DNA of 63,078 bases, counting the filler, from Octopus bimaculoides (lineage: Eukaryota), in the NCBI RefSeq assembly GCF_001194135.2. It is 5 parts of 5 records of this genome, joined end to end, with 100 filler letters (N's around TTAATTAATTAA, not from the genome) between each part and the next. Parts side by side here need not be neighbours in the genome. Positions count along the whole stretch, not along the records: positions 1 to 19,144 come from NC_068985.1; 4 more parts are not named here. One strand, given 5' to 3'. The notes beneath the pieces are model-generated. The model worked only from the letters and a program-made list of their open reading frames with translations. It ran no database searches and was not told the DNA's origin. The number at the start of each line of letters is the position of its first letter. Positions within the stretch are counted from its first letter, which is position 1. Positions 1-13,732 of this stretch are shown here, one piece after another. The position numbers were made by a program, and so were the translations under genes.

Positions 1-41
<41 letters not shown>

Positions 42-396
42 CAGATATATGTTAGTGGGAGAATACATGTGGATATATACAGGAAGAGAAAAGATGAAAT
101 ATCTCAGCAGATTTGTTTTATATGATGAAGGAGTATGTTAGTGTCACAATTATAACGTTATACAATTTTATACAGATTAAGATTTTTTTCGTTCAACGTT
201 ATGAAAGTAAGAACCGGTTTCTCACTGCTCATCAAGCTAAGGGTTGAAAAACAGACATATTTCTAGGAGAAAAACATATTACTACGGGAGATAATTGCTC
301 GCTCATCTATTTTACAGTAAGAGGGAGGTAAATATGTAATTTTTATTTTCGTTCTGTGTTTTAGCCTACTTTTATTCCGTTGAACATAACCTCATT

Positions 397-1313
397 ATGT
401 ACAAAATTGTTGAAACTGATCTGTCGATCTTTCAAAGAGGTCAAATTGTTGGTGCTCGTATGGCAGGCGCTAGCGTAAAGAAAACAGCCGAAATGTTTGG
501 TGTATCAAGAATTTCTGTCTCGAATATAATGGCACCCTTTGAGAAAGAGAGAAAAACCACCTCGTCGAAACTAAACTCCGGAAGAAAACCAAAACTTTCT
601 GATAGAGACTGTCGGAATCTTACGCGAATTCTTAGAAAGGATCACAAAATTACAGCTCTCAAATTTACTGCAGAGCTTATTGAACACCTCGAGAACCCCA
701 CAAAAAAAGTTCGCCGAGAGTTGCACAAATCCGGATTTCACGGGAGCGCAGCAATCAGAAAACCACTCCTTTCAAAAACAAACGTTTTACAGCGTTTAGA
801 ATGGGGTAAAAACCTACAGAATTGGTCCCTAGAGTAGTGGAAGAATGTTATATTCTCGGACGACTCATCTGTTACCGACAATAGGCCCATTTTACGTATG
901 GTGACAACCAAAAGAAGCAGACTGCCTTCCTCCAACTGTTAAATATAGAGGAAGATCTGTGATGATCTGAGGGGTTATATCATGGAAATCCGCCAGCCCT
1001 ATGGTTTCCTTTCATTGTAGAAATAATAGTCAAGACTATTTAAACATTTTATCTGATCAAATTCATTCTATGTTTGCGGAACTGTTTCTTGAGTAAAACG
1101 CAATCTTTCAGGATGATAATGCACCAATTCACACAGCTAAATTTGTTACTGAATGGCACGGCGAACATTCTACTGAAGTTGGACATCTTATCTGGCCACC
1201 ACAGTCCTCAGATCTCAATATTATTGAACATTTAGTGTGCATTTTAGAAAAACAAGTAAGGAGTCGATATCCTCCACCCTCGTCACTACAAGAACTGGAG
1301 ACTGTTTTAGCTG
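397..1313 (+). pseudogene. Tc1-family transposase pseudogene (stops and frameshifts)
   Basis: In-frame stops at 835-837 and ~1093 and frameshifts between ~880 and 1000; catalytic motifs are still legible. Confidence 0.85.
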
Positions 1314-1638
1314 NNNNNNNNNNNNNNNNNNNNNNNNNNNNNNNNNNNNNNNNNNNNNNNNNNNNNNNNNNNNNNNNNNNNNNNNNNNNNNNNNNNNNNN
1401 NNNNNNNNNNNNNNNNNNNNNNNNNNNNNNNNNNNNNNNNNNNNNNNNNNNNNNNNNNNNNNNNNNNNNNNNNNNNNNNNNNNNNNNNNNNNNNNNNNNN
1501 NNNNNNNNNNNNNNNNNNNNNNNNNNNNNNNNNNNNNNNNNNNNNNNNNNNNNNNNNNNNNNNNNNNNNNNNNNNNNNNNNNNNNNNNNNNNNNNNNNNN
1601 NNNNNNNNNNNNNNNNNNNNNNNNNNNNNNNNNNNNNN

Positions 1639-2025
1639 GAGGCTTTCCTACATAATATCCGGTAGTCCTCTTCGTCAACATCTTCTTCAAATTCAGTATC
1701 GCTTCTGACACCGAACCCCGCAATTTCCAACGCCTCAATCAGCATAAAGTGTGTGCTATGTCGGTGGCACCCGGCCATAAGCAATACTCCTTTCCGAGTT
1801 CCTTTAGCCTTTGCACCACGGGCACCTATATGACTTCCAAAGCTATCTGCGTAGGCCATTCGAGATCCCGTGTGCAGGCAAGAACTACTCCCACTTGGTG
1901 CTTCTCGATCTCCCCGCCCCTGTAGAAGAAGACAAGTAATTATTTTCCTTTAAGGGGTGGGATAGTTATTTCCACCGTCAGTGATACAATTCCCACCGAC
2001 ATTAGTTCCGGGACATGCTGGTATT
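1639..2025 (-). mobile_element. GC-richer insert inside the Tc1 C-terminus, probable retroelement fragment (unassigned)
   Basis: Transposase is interrupted between ETVLA (1313) and KTLYES (~2035) by unrelated, more GC-rich sequence; left junction is hidden in an N gap. Confidence 0.4.
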
Positions 2026-2240
2026 GAAAAACATTTAAAACTTTGTATGAGTCCATACCTCGTAGAATTAAAGCGGTCCTACGCCATATTGAAATTATAT
2101 TTTTTTCAAAATATAAGGTGTTTCCAGTATTTTGTCCTACCCCTATATACATACATACATAAATACATACATATCTATCGCTACATTTTTCTTCAATACC
2201 AGCTGAAGTCTAATACTCTTCAGGACAACTAATTGCACTC

Positions 2241-2683
2241 TATACTGAAAATATGTTATTCTCATCTATGAACCATATACCTTTTGCTCGGCTCAGCGCT
2301 ACTTATATATAGCACTCGTGGATAAGCAATTCTTGGGCATGTCTACAAAGAATATCCCAATTTCACTTCGGGATCCCTACACGAAACACTTTCTACCGAA
2401 ATCTAATGATTTTAAAGCACTCGAATGAGTTGGAGAGCGCTCTACTCTTGAAACATCTCTTTCGTTTCTATGCTGTAAGTCGGACCTCTTTTGTGTCTAA
2501 ACATATACACATTCTTTGTATATAACTCTTGTCATTCATGTATTAATATAGTAAGCTGTTACATATTCATCTAAGCTACTTATCTACACATCTGTTTCGA
2601 TACACGCTCAAGTTTAATTTTCTTGAGCACTACGAAGTGTATTTTATACCGAGAATATCTGATTCTCATCTATGAACTATATA
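2241..2683 (+). repeat. Imperfect ~39-bp direct repeat pair (2241-2279, 2645-2683)
   Basis: tatactgaaaatatgttattctcatctatgaaccatata vs tataccgagaatatctgattctcatctatgaactatata; 16-bp core identical. Confidence 0.6.
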
Positions 2684-3151
2684 TATAGGGAGAGAGAGAG
2701 GGAGACGGATAGGGAGAGAGCAGAATACAAGAAATAAAGAGAGAGAGAAATAGACATACACACATACCGGTATCTACTTTGGAAAAAGGATTAAATTATA
2801 ACTAAATGTTTCATTATATATCATGTTGACATGTAACTTCTTCCATATTATTTATGTAAATATTGGCTTACCTCGTGATCGTTAGTAAATGTCTATAATT
2901 ATATAAAGTGTAAATTTATTTGAAATTGATAGAATTTTCAGATGAAATACTTATCTTCAGCTTGATAGTGTTATTTTTTTTTCCGGAGTTATCCCATTGA
3001 AGAATATTTAGCAATACAGATCTGTAATTAAATAAATTCTTTTCATTTACTATATTTGAGGGTACTTATACGATTAAGCCTGGAAAATTAAATATACGTA
3101 TATTTCTACGGGTTACATATGAAGAGAGGGAGATAGATAGATAGAATAAGG

Positions 3152-3207
<56 letters not shown>

Positions 3208-3361
3208 GAGAGAGAGAGAGAAAGAGAGATGTAAGTGTGTATGTGTATTTACGAATATGCCTGTGTGTGTATATGCTACTTATTTATATGTACGTATATA
3301 AATGCATATATTGATTTAAATATGAATGTACTTAATAAAATGTATGTATATAGTAATTTGT

Positions 3362-3570
3362 GGAGGCGCCATGGCCCAGTGGTGAGGGCAGCGGACTCGC
3401 GCTCGTAAGATCGCGGTTTCCATTCCCAGAGTTGTGAGTCTTTATTGAACTAAATCACCTAAAGCTCCACGAAACTCCAGCAGCGGGTTGTGCTGGACTC
3501 TTTTACCACAACGTTCTCTCTCTCTGTTTCTGCTGTACCTGTATTTCAATGGGCCATCTTTGTCACACGC
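3362..3570 (+). mobile_element. Degenerate tRNA-derived SINE (same family as 60641-60922)
   Basis: A-box-like tggcccagtgg and B-box-like ggtttccattccc; body gtacctgtatttcaatgggcc...ttgtcacac matches the reverse complement of the 60641 copy. Confidence 0.6.
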
Positions 3571-4063
3571 TGTATGTATTTACACACACCCATGCACACA
3601 CGACATATATATGAACTGTTCTGGGATAGAAGATTCAACAAAAAAGTACTCCATCTGCTGCGATATAATATTATTTATTTAAAAGACACATGTATTTAAG
3701 CGCTTCTAATAATTTCATATTTTGATAAATGATCAAAAATATCCTTCAGGCGCAAACCACATATTATAACGAATTTTACAAAATTGAATTCCTGTAGAAC
3801 TAATTCCGTAGAACCTCTGTCCATCAAATATTGATCAATTAATATGCAGGGTCAATAATTACTAATGTATCTGAAACGCGCGCAGGTTTAAAAATGTATA
3901 ATCCCCAATTCTTTCGAGTTTCATGTTTATAGATCGGACGTACGCAATTGAACCATTAACTCTAAACGTCCATTTATGTATCATATATCACCCTTAACCG
4001 GTATGTTGCCTTTTTTCTTTTCTAGAGAAAGATAGAGAGAGAGAGAAAAACAGAGAGAGAGAC

Positions 4064-4112
<49 letters not shown>

Positions 4113-7100
4113 CATTTCTTTGACGTACAGCTTTAAAAGCACAAGATATCTTGGAGAAAGGCGAATACTGTCATAGCAGTGAACCAACGGAACGTCAGAC
4201 TGTTTTCTCCTGTCCTTCAGTCATTTCTATGCCGTGAATTCGCAACTCGCCTGTCGAGATGAAATATATATCCGTGGATACACAAGAAGCAGTGGATGGA
4301 TTATTTTTGTTAGACAATAAATAGTCCCATAATAAATTGTAACTGGATCAATGATGCGAATGCTCCTATGCAATAAGAGAATACGATTATCTAATATAGA
4401 ACCGCATTACTTTATTCAAGATATGTATCGTTATGCGTTCGAATTAACTTATTACGGAAACGAAATCCGCATGTTACCTAAGATGCGGAAAACAGTATTC
4501 CATCAGCATCCCTACTAAATGTGCGTGTCTAAGACAATGTACGTATATAGATACGGTAACTATAATCCGAACTGACCATTTTGGGAGGTAAAAATATGTC
4601 CGCTTTTTTTATGGACGTTAATCTCATACCATATATTGTGAAATCTCTTATACTGTTTGGAACTTATTCTATTCTGCATCGAAAAAACATGAACACATAT
4701 CAGATTTACGCTTCAGTAAAAAAATGTTTCGCAAATGAAACATATAAGATACATTTTGTGAGTTGATTTAATGTAAATTTAATGTCTGTTTGTAATTTAG
4801 AAGAACATATCACATTTAATTTCTCTCGAACTTTTAAACATCTTACTATTAGAAATTTTACTTAATATAATTGCATAGAAAAGATATTTGAAACACTAAA
4901 GTTGAATTTTACATTGTGTTAAGCAATGTTACTACATTGTTTAAACATAGCAAATAATGTAATGATAGAAATTGAAAATAATGATTTCAAGCGAGAATTA
5001 TATGGTTATTTTTCACTTGAGTTTTACATTAATTTCATCTGATTATTTTATTTCATGAATTATATGGAAACCTAAGTCCATTGACAATATTACAGAAAAA
5101 TACATTTCTTTTCTACTCCATGTTAAGCTATAACAAATCTAAAGTTGGAATTTTTTTTCTTCTGAAATATTCTGACATTCCCAGGAACGATTTCCCCATG
5201 GTGAATAAATAGTACTTAATATTCATGTCAATTCATCACATCTTTAAATCAATGTTTGTCATCATGTTCAAAGTGGCAGCTTCAATTTATAGCAGTCTTC
5301 TTCATGTTAAACTATTCAGTTTTAAAATTTTTTTTGTTGTGGTATTGAAATATTTTCCTATCATTTTAAAATTTCCAAATCAGTTGTAATGAAGGGTTGT
5401 TATTAATTGCCTCCTCTTAAGAATTAATTATAATTTTAATTGATTTATACAAAATATTCGGTTATTGTTGTTGCTGCCTATTGTTTCTGTGTAGTAGAAT
5501 TGGACAGTTCTCTGCCGCAAATAAATTTTGCTGTATTTATTTTTTTAATTTTAATTCTAAACACCCTTACCACAATTTCATTAGTCCCCCTTTTTAGTTC
5601 TTTATTTTCTAATGAGTTGAAAACTATAAACACTAATTTAAATATGTTTCGCATTGATCAATGTTTAGGATGGAAATCGTTTAAAATAATAACGAAATTT
5701 CCAATCGAAAAAAAAAAAGAATTGCTTCAATTAAAAAACAACTAAAATTTAATTTTATATTTTGTAATTACGTTCTTTCTAATCAAGATTTTCAATATTC
5801 AAAACAGGATTTCGAAGATGATTCATTACGATTTGTTTTAATCTAATATTGCACTAAAAAATATAAATTGGAGAAAAGGGTATTTGTATAAACAGAAACT
5901 GAATGAGGGAACATTTTATATTGTGCTGCTTTGAAAGAAAAGATGGTGCTCCCTAGTAACTCGTCATACAAAATCCACGATATTCATGTTTTCTTTTTCT
6001 TTAGAGTAGGCTTGTATCTAATATGATGTATCTATTGTTCGAATATAGTGCTCTCCTGTGAGGATGTATTTATGTGGTCAGTAACACCTGCTGATAATAT
6101 AAACTCTCCTCTCTCAAATCACATACTCTGCAACTACAAATGGAGTCGACAGAAATAAGGTGTTTCTAAATGTATTCTGTCTCGGAAATAGAAGAATGAA
6201 TTGTTTTTGATGATAATCCGTTCAACTGAACCGTCCAGGCTATTAAAGGTCTTCGCCACAAATCGTAGCCACATATCAGGAGTTCTGTTAAATCTGTAGC
6301 AATTAATTATTTATTATAACAATATTTCTGATTGTTATAATACTTCTGATTTCCTCACTTGGGTTGCATACGGTATATTCAGTACTAACTTGACATTAAG
6401 GGATAAGCCTTAGAAGAATCTTAACGATATAATGGTATTTGATTCGACACTATATTGTTTGAGTTAAAATCCTTTCAAGAACAACTCTGACATCCGTCCG
6501 TACGAGGTTAATGAAATCAAGTACTAGACAAATAAAGGGGTCTGTATAATTAATTTTTCTCTTCCAGAGAGTTGTAGAATTTCTCTTATTGATGATATTC
6601 ATAATTATTTTTGTAGTTAAAAATGTGAAGCGAATTCGTAAAATCTGTTGAGATGCAGGACGGAATGTATGACGCTAAATGAATCACTTTCCTGTAGAGT
6701 TCTCAGTCCAGCCTTCACTGACGTTAACTTCACGTCTTCAAATATTAACGAGGGATAACTTACAGAAATAATTTTGACGTTTGTATTCAGCCTCCCTGAA
6801 TGGTAAGTATAAACCAAATCCCGGCTTGAAGCAACCAGATGATGTTTGCTTCCTTCAAGATTGTATGCAAATGAAATATGAATTAATGCCTAAGATACGT
6901 TTTATTAATAATTAATACAGCTGACGTTAAGAAAAAGAAATCTGGCTTAAATTTCCACAAATAAACCATCAAAACTCGGAGTTATATTTTTATTAATGAA
7001 TGTTTTATATAAACATATCGAACAAGTTGATAATTTGCCAGACCACTTCAAACGTCGGAAAACATGAATTAAATAGAGAATTCGAATGACTCCAATGGGA

Positions 7101-7629
7101 GTTTCGCATATAAGGATTACGAAAACGATAATGGATTAGAGGATTTGATTGTCTAATTACTTATCGCAAATGTATACCTTTAACTAGGTCTAAAAAGGAA
7201 TGATAAGTGTATAACCATGAGCGAGTAACGAACTCGATTTTCATGGAACATCATGACTGTCAGATTCTGTAAATGGGTACTCGAAATGTATACATTGAAG
7301 CATATACTCAAGTAATGGTAAATTGATTATGCTGTAATTCGTTCATTAGAAATATTGAATGACATCATACTGAGTTGATTTTATTTACGCTGTCGCTATA
7401 TTATCATTAACTTAGTCACGTTCTCTATATCAATTATCTGAAATACACTACAGTGTCACATATTTTATAATACAAAATATAGAATTATATAACTAACATA
7501 AATATTTATTTTTCGATATAAAACCCTCTCTCTGTATTTGTATGTATGTATATATATATATATATATATATNNNNNNNNNNNNNNNNNNNNNNNNNNNTA
7601 TATATACATACATATATGCTTTATGTTTA

Positions 7630-7830
7630 TCTTCCTTACGTCATCGAACTGCGGCCATACTGGGATAACGCCTCGAAGGGTTTAGTCGAGCCAATCCACA
7701 GCACAACATACTTTTCAAAATCTAAGGAATATTCACTGCGTCTCTTTTGACGAGAATTTAAGTACGGGGAACACCAACGTAGCATTACCGGTTCTTCAAC
7801 GGTGGAGAGATAAGCAGAGACACGCGCGCA
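7630..7830 (-). mobile_element. 3' half of tRNA-SINE family A (cf. 27097-27640)
   Basis: Reverse-complement similarity to the 27430-27630 tail (gcatggccgcagt, gtccccgtaacttag). Confidence 0.55.
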
Positions 7831-9175
7831 CACGTAGATGTATTTATACTCACAACGTAAGTCCATTCAATGTCTGTCAAACACGTTCACTGAGAAGGCT
7901 TCGGTAGATCCAGGGATAAAGCGCAAGTCACTGGAACAAATGCAGCCCCGTGAAACTGAAATCGAAACCACTCGTTTGCAAAGAAAATACACTGTCATAC
8001 CTACCCCCAAAATGATAATACATTTTCACAGAAGGTGCCTTTAAAACTGACTGGCACCGTAGGTGCCTAAATTTTCTTTTATAGAAGAAATATCATGATA
8101 AAGAAATTATTTGTGATTGTAACGCATGGTAAATTAAATCCAGTGTCTTAATTCAATTTACTAATTCCAATTTCGTTATGATGGTTTGGAGAGATAAGTG
8201 TTTAGTCTTGTATAGCATAGACAACAATTGCCAAGGAAATGAGAATGTGCTGCGGCTTAGAAGACAAATGCTTAATATATACCACTCGAGTATTACAAAC
8301 ATGAATGCAAGTCAAAAATGGCGTGCAGAATGACTGGTTAATGAAACGGCTTTTCAATTAAATTTTAATATGATCATAGTGCACCAAAGTATGAGGGAAA
8401 TCGCTGTAATGTATCTATTATACACACGTTTAATGACTACAACAATGTGTATTTAATTTTCTCCATTCATCAAACTTACCTACATTTTCTTTTCGGTTTG
8501 TTTCTTTATTTTTTAAAGATTTTTGTGGGTGAATTTTGCTTCTCATTTAAAGGTAACAAAAGAACAGAAATATTTTTCTATCAATTTCTGAACTGCTTCT
8601 CTCACTGCCAACGTTGTCTGAGACGTAATTGTGCCTATGGTTATTCACTGCTGAATACTAATAAAGAAATAACACTGCTACGCTCGACATTCTCTATGTT
8701 GCCTTTCTTTGCTGTGAATAAAAGAAAAGTTGATGCCAAAAGATTTTTATTGAACAGTTATGCCTGGCAGGTATTCACTAAATTTCATGTTATTGCCTTC
8801 ACAGACATCTTGACAGCCTCCAATATAACATCGTCAACATTATAGCTACAGGCACAATGTCCCATTCTCCAAGTACAGAATATCTACGCATTGAGAGCAA
8901 AATTACTTAGTTAAAATTACTAATTCTAACATTGCTTGGTTGTTCACGTTGTAAGAGATGTTTTGTAGAGACGCTAATTTCAAGTAATTGTATGAAGGAA
9001 AAGAAAAAGCTAATAAATCATGGAACGACATATTTCAATAAACTAAGTCCAGAATACACATATTCTTCATCAGACACAACCTACAAACGTAATCATCATA
9101 TGTGTTGGAATGCAGATGTATATCAATATTAAATGGAACCCTCTCTCACACTCTTTCAATCTCACTCCTTTCTTC

Positions 9176-9211
<36 letters not shown>

Positions 9212-11374
9212 NNNNNNNNNNNNNNNNNNNNNNNNNNNNNNNNNNNNNNNNNNNNNNNNNNNNNNNNNNNNNNNNNNNNNNNNNCTGTGTGTGTGTTTGT
9301 ATATGTGTGTTTAACTTTAGAAATACGTTCATACGCACATCTTCATATATACACAGATATATCCATAAACAAACATTTAAACTCAAGTATCCGTAGTCAC
9401 CTGTGTTCGATTTTGTAAGAATTTATCGGCGTTGGTGTGCGTGAATAAAAATGTTTATATATTTTATTGAAAATTCTGTTATTTCATTCACTGGCCATAT
9501 TAACTATCTGACTTATTTTTCGATCATTCCTTCTGCAATATATATTAAACTGGTGATATTGGTATATCCATATTTCATATGTAACGAGAAAGAAAGTTTT
9601 TTTTTTCTTTTGTGCGAAATTTCCGTTTATGATTAACCTTTAACTATTCTGTCAAATTCCGAATATATATATTAAATTTATTTTAATATAGCTTTCTATC
9701 TAACCTGATATATCAAAATCGTTTGTACTTTATTTGCGCCATTTTGTTTAGATATAGTCCCATGTAACGATTATAATTCTTATTCCTTTCACTTATATCT
9801 ATCTATCTATCGTTCTATATATATATATAACTATCTATCTATATGTATGTATGCACACACACTCACAAACACACATACATACACACACACACACACACAC
9901 ACTCGTATTTATACATATATAATTTAAAGTGTGTTCCTCTATGAGCGAAACAGAGTATAACATAGAGCTCGTTCTCCATGAGTATTACTAAATAGGCGGT
10001 AACATTATTAGGTCAAAATATGTTTTAAACCAGTTGTCTTCTCTTTTAGCCCAAATACGTGTCCTCTTTACTACATATTGTATTTCATCGCGTGATATTC
10101 CATTTGCAGACATAAACATATATACGTTATTCCGAATGAGGACTTACTATTCTAAATGCATATATCATGTACAAATATACAATATATAAGTATATATCCA
10201 TTGTACAAATATACAGCAATTAGTTATTCGCTTGCGTTTGTTGTGGAATTGCGTTCACCTTTTACTTTAAATTATCTCTGCCAAATGAAAATAAGTTTTC
10301 TCTTAATTCTTATTGTCTTCCTACATTTCTGCGTCGTGTAAATCCGAAAAGTAAAGAGCTACCAGCAGGTGCTACTTGCTATATAACATCAGAGATAAAC
10401 ATATGCTTTCTTACATCTCATAAAATCATATTTATTTCCATTTTTATCATATTCCTGCTCTTTTAATGATTGCTAACATATGCTTATAGTTGTTATATTA
10501 AAATAAGATGTGGCAATACAGCGCGAAACAAACTGAAAGAAATGCCTGGTGTTGTAAATTTTGTATTGTTATTTCCATTGTTAAATTATTGGTGTTATAA
10601 TGTTATTCAAATCGATATTTGCAATCAACTACAATATCATAAAGACCTCCTAGCACCTCGAACACAAATACTTGTAGCACTAATACTACAACTAACAATA
10701 AAACTGTTGCAAATAAAACTGCTTCCTTCGACACCAACACACTTTCTTCATTACACAATTTGTAATTTACTAAGGAACTAACCATGTTTTTAAATTGAGT
10801 TTTCAGCAAGATGTATCTTCAAGTCCAGACAAATATATGAGATATTTTACATTTTAATAATAATGGATATTATCGAAGAATATTATGTTGTCTGGTCACT
10901 GACACTTAGATGATTCAAATTATTTCTCTCTTTGACAATGATTTGCCAGCATATTGCGGATTTTCATATATATATGGAATTTAGCATTTATACTTTCAGT
11001 GAGATGTTCAAGGGAAATATTGTCAGCAAATTTGAATATAGAGTGCATTAGATTTTCTAAAGAATTATTTAATTTCTTTGTTAAACTTTACTGCTGAACT
11101 CATATGTATTGGAAGATAAACTATTCCAAACAAGTTCAAATATGGTTGATAATGTGAATTTTGCACATTTGTACAGAACATTCCTCTCAGAAGGAATGTA
11201 GTCATAAATAGAAATAATTTTTAAGCAACTACGTTAAGAGGAAAGTCATAACTTAGTCAGGTATCTCAACATTTTAGCGTGAAGATAGACAGATATAATA
11301 ACAAAGATGAAGACCAACATATTCTCACACATAACATACGTTCAATATTTTATCTTCTACTTGTACAATTATTT

Positions 11375-11610
11375 GGACTGCGGCCAGGCTGGGGCACCGC
11401 TTTGGAATACTTATGTTGCACGAATCGATAAAAGTACTGGTTTTAAAACTTGATACAGCTATTGGTCACTTTCGGCTGACCGCTATTTTACAAAAGACCA
11501 ACTGTAAGCCGGCGTTAGGTTCAAACAGACATAAAGACACATATATATAAATAACACACACACACGCATACAAACAGACAAACACACACGCCGAAACACG
11601 CGCGCACACA
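11375..11610 (-). mobile_element. 3' half of SINE family A
   Basis: gactgcggccaggctggggcaccgc...ttcggctgaccgcta matches the family A tail in reverse. Confidence 0.55.
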
Positions 11611-12329
11611 CACACACACACANNNNNNNNNNNNNNNNNNNNNNNNNNNNNNNNNNNNNNNNNNNNNNNNNNNNNNNNNNNNNNNNNNNNNNNNNNNNNN
11701 NNNNNNNNNNNNNNNNNNNNNNNNNNNNNNNNNNNNNNNNNNNNNNNNNNNNNNNNNNNNNNNNNNNNNNNNNNNNNNNNNNNNNNNNNNNNNNNNNNNN
11801 NNNNNNNNNNNNNNNNNNNNNNNNNNNNNNNNNNNNNNNNNNNNNNNNNNNNNNNNNNNNNNNNNNNNNNNNNNNNNNNNNNNNNNNNNNNNNNNNNNNN
11901 NNNNNNNNNNNNNNNNNNNNNNNNNNNNNNNNNNNNNNNNNNNNNNNNNNNNNNNNNNNNNNNNNNNNNNNNNNNNNNNNNNNNNNNNNNNNNNNNNNNN
12001 NNNNNNNNNNNNNNNNNNNNNNNNNNNNNNNNNNNNNNNNNNNNNNNNNNNNNNNNNNNNNNNNNNNNNNNNNNNNNNNNNNNNNNNNNNNNNNNNNNNN
12101 NNNNNNNNNNNNNNNNNNNNNNNNNNNNNNNNNNNNNNNNNNNNNNNNNNNNNNNNNNNNNNNNNNNNNNNNNNNNNNNNNNNNNNNNNNNNNNNNNNNN
12201 NNNNNNNNNNNNNNNNNNNNNNNNNNNNNNNNNNNNNNNNNNNNNNNNNNNNNNNNNNNNNNNNNNNNNNNNNNNNNNNNATATATATATATGTACACTT
12301 ACATATATGTACATGGCTGGCCAAACATG

Positions 12330-13030
12330 TGACAAAACGTGTTACTGTGACTCTGAAGGATGACTAGTGGTTGCGAAATCAGCGTTTGAAAGATGTACTG
12401 GCTGATGCAGTGTATTTACAAACTTGGGATGTGGTTATATCCGAACTCCTGGTATCTCTCTGGTAGGCTCTGAATGTGAGGACGCTGTTGGTAACACCGT
12501 TGCCGGTGTTTTCTCTATGGCGCCAGCATCCAGCTGTGTTATCACCGTGGTTATCGTTTCTGGTCATATGGTTGGTGATGTTCATACCGGCTTTAATGTG
12601 CGGTTATTGGTAACATATGGTGAGGGGTCGTCTGTGCTGGTGGTACTGGGGACGTCGGATATCTCCTCTGTATCAGTGGTCCTGGATTGGTCATCATCTC
12701 TAGCTGTGGCGATTGTACTGGTGGTATCATATGGTGCGGACCTGATCACTCTATCGGTGTTGAATATAACGGTTTGTTCAATATGTGGCGGCGCTATTAG
12801 TGTCGTTAGTTACCTCCTCTGTGTGCTGGTCCCGGACTGGTTATTTATAAGTTAGCTGTTAAATCTGGATATCTGAGCGTTTCCTCACGTCCGCATGGTA
12901 GAAAGTTCAATTTTTTTGAGTCTTTGCATAGTGTCTGACGAGCTGTCTTCAAGGCTGTGGCTTTCGTGGATACGAACGTTCGGTAACTCTATGACGAGAA
13001 TTTCACTTTTTGTTTTAATATATTTATTTG
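12330..13030 (-). mobile_element. Degenerate retroelement-like ORF remnant (Thr/Ser/Pro-rich, unassigned)
   Basis: GC-elevated block with a long but stop-interrupted minus-strand frame (…DDDQSRTTDTEEISDVPSTTSTDDPSP…); no diagnostic motif. Confidence 0.3.
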
Positions 13031-13069
13031 TGTGTATACATCTGCAGACGTGAATCTGTGATAATAAGT

Positions 13070-13207
13070 GTGCTCCCCGAATTGATAGTTCTTTGCTCAG
13101 TCCCTTTGCGTGGCTCTAAGGGCAAGTGTGTTTTGTATAGCCTCTGGCTAATGAAAGCCTTGTGAGGGGATCTGGAAGAAGCAAACTGAACAAATCTCGT
13201 TGTATGC

Positions 13208-13239
<32 letters not shown>

Positions 13240-13460
13240 ATGTGTGTGTATGTGTGTGTGTGAGAGAGAGAGAGAGAGTGTGTGTGTGTATGTTTGTGTC
13301 TGTGTGTTTTTGTGTCACTGTTTGTTCACCACCTCTGCTTTCGCAACCGGTGCTGATGTGTTTACATCCACGTATAAGAGCGTTGCGGAAAAGATACCTA
13401 CAGAATAATTACCAGGCTTGAAGAATGATAAGTACTACGGTCAATTCATTCGTCTAAAAA
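13070..13460 (+). mobile_element. SINE family A, diverged
   Basis: gggcaagtgt...aaagccttgtgagg...aaactgaa, an internal (TG)n, then caaccggtgctgatgtgtttacatcc. Confidence 0.6.
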
Positions 13461-13589
13461 CNNNNNNNNNNCATAAAATGGTACTGAAATTTTCATCATG
13501 TCGAACATCTAATGTTTTCAATGAACTTCTTCTTTACTGCGAAAATAGTGGCTCTGGTGGGGAAATAAAAGATAAGCAGTATCTTGAGC

Positions 13590-13732
13590 CAAATTAAACA
13601 CAACCAGGCACTTAGCACCATTTTCTCCTATAATAACATGTCTACCAAAATAACCGGCACAGGCAAATAATTCTTGTAACGTCTGTTGTTCATCTTCGAA
13701 TACTGCATCATCAGCAAACAGCGGAAATATGT
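13590..13732 (-). mobile_element. Old non-LTR RT fragment (FADD motif)
   Basis: Minus frame reads IFPLFADDAVFEDEQQTLQELFACAGYFGRHVIIGENGAKCLVV, resembling RT motif C plus LQxLL…FGL…KTKxLV. Confidence 0.45.

Larger units (their letters stand above)
80..2145 (+). mobile_element. Decayed Tc1/mariner transposon, DD36E spacing, interrupted by a gap and an insert
   Basis: ORF 397-837 is a Tc1 paired-like HTH/GRPR-type N-terminus (SGRKPKLS). After a stop it reads FSDD, then FQDDNAPIHTA...WPPQSSDLNIIE (1106-1229) with 36 residues between D and E. The C-terminus KTLYESIPRRIKAVL resumes at ~2035. Right TIR ggtgtttccagtattttgtcctacccct(a)TA ends ~2145. The left TIR (~80) is only weakly recognisable. 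Confidence 0.85.

Noticed and set aside
5140-5300. THAP-like SCHFEHDD…IPTL on minus strand
   Set aside because: Multiple stops and no N-terminal Cys/Trp context; too weak to call.
10603-10809. Small ORF with TM-like stretch
   Set aside because: Hydrophobicity arises from antisense reading of an ACT/AAC-rich low-complexity tract.
12424-12855. 143-aa hydrophobic plus-strand ORF
   Set aside because: Antisense shadow of a Thr/Pro/Asn-rich minus-strand remnant; no domain.
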